Positions 63,880-64,000 of a stretch of 64,000 bases of DNA are shown here, one piece after another. The notes under the pieces were generated by a model. It ran no database searches. It was not told the origin of the DNA and worked only from the letters and a program-made list of their open reading frames with translations. Every line of letters starts with the position of its first letter. Position 1 is the stretch's first letter. The DNA comes from Myxococcales bacterium (GTDB lineage Bacteria > Myxococcota_A > Polyangia > Polyangiales > Ga0077539): contig JAUSAZ010000210.1 of the NCBI GenBank assembly GCA_030652255.1, positions 224,222 to 288,221 on the forward strand, written 5' to 3'. Position numbers and translations under genes: made by a program.

Positions 63880-64000
63880 ATGCTCGCACGCGAACACTGT
63901 CAGCAGCTGGTGATGAAGTACGCCGCCGGGGCAGGGGTCGGGGGGCTCATCCCGGTGCCGGGCACCGCGATGGCCGTCACCGCCGCGGAGGTGAAGCTGG
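63880..64000 (+). CDS. Hypothetical protein, 5' fragment that runs off the window
   Basis: The ATG follows a GAGAAAGG SD-like sequence. Translation is MLAREHCQQLVMKYAAGAGVGGLIPVPGTAMAVTAAEVKL.. No family assigned. Confidence 0.35.
   Translation, partial: MLAREHCQQLVMKYAAGAGVGGLIPVPGTAMAVTAAEVKL

Overview
This is a high-GC bacterial chromosomal segment, roughly 70% GC by eye (not computed). All family assignments come from motif recognition on the supplied translations; no alignments or searches were run. Several traits suggest Myxococcota, as inference only: MopE-like Cys-rich CNGxDDDxDG repeats, a PEGA-tailed Ser/Thr kinase, an FGE-sulfatase-domain protein, frequent GTG/TTG starts, and many 1-11 nt start/stop overlaps such as ATGA and GTGA. 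I call about 54 protein-coding genes and one tRNA-Val(TAC). Most of the window is housekeeping: fabH, sbcDC, carAB, ansA, an amino-acid ABC transporter, folK, mnmA, an rlmD-like methyltransferase, ftsH-folP-cdaA-cdaR-glmM, tamAB-like, Rieske/cytochrome b-c, and tig-clpP-clpX-lon. I saw no CRISPR array, transposase, integrase or rRNA. I cannot point to one clear novel system; these are the candidates most worth a second look. (1) A CysO-type sulfur-carrier cysteine cluster (cysK, E1, cysO, cysM, JAMM) in which the ThiF/MoeB-like E1 appears split. Its N-terminal Arg-finger segment sits on a separate 101-aa ORF that is translationally coupled between cysO and cysM. (2) An operon encoding a J-domain/TPR protein, a 722-aa tandem double-PilT ATPase and a small acidic protein. 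(3) A TilS homolog in the usual tilS position upstream of ftsH whose PP-loop is degenerate, preceded by a coupled 66-aa four-Cys protein. (4) A RecT-like annealase plus a Cas4-like PD-(D/E)XK nuclease at the left edge, possibly the end of a prophage-like element. (5) A three-gene extracytoplasmic signalling operon made of an FGE-like Cys-rich protein, a TPR protein and a PEGA Ser/Thr kinase. The many very long Arg/Pro/Gly/Ala-rich ORFs in the six-frame track are off-frame or antisense shadows typical of high-GC DNA and were rejected.
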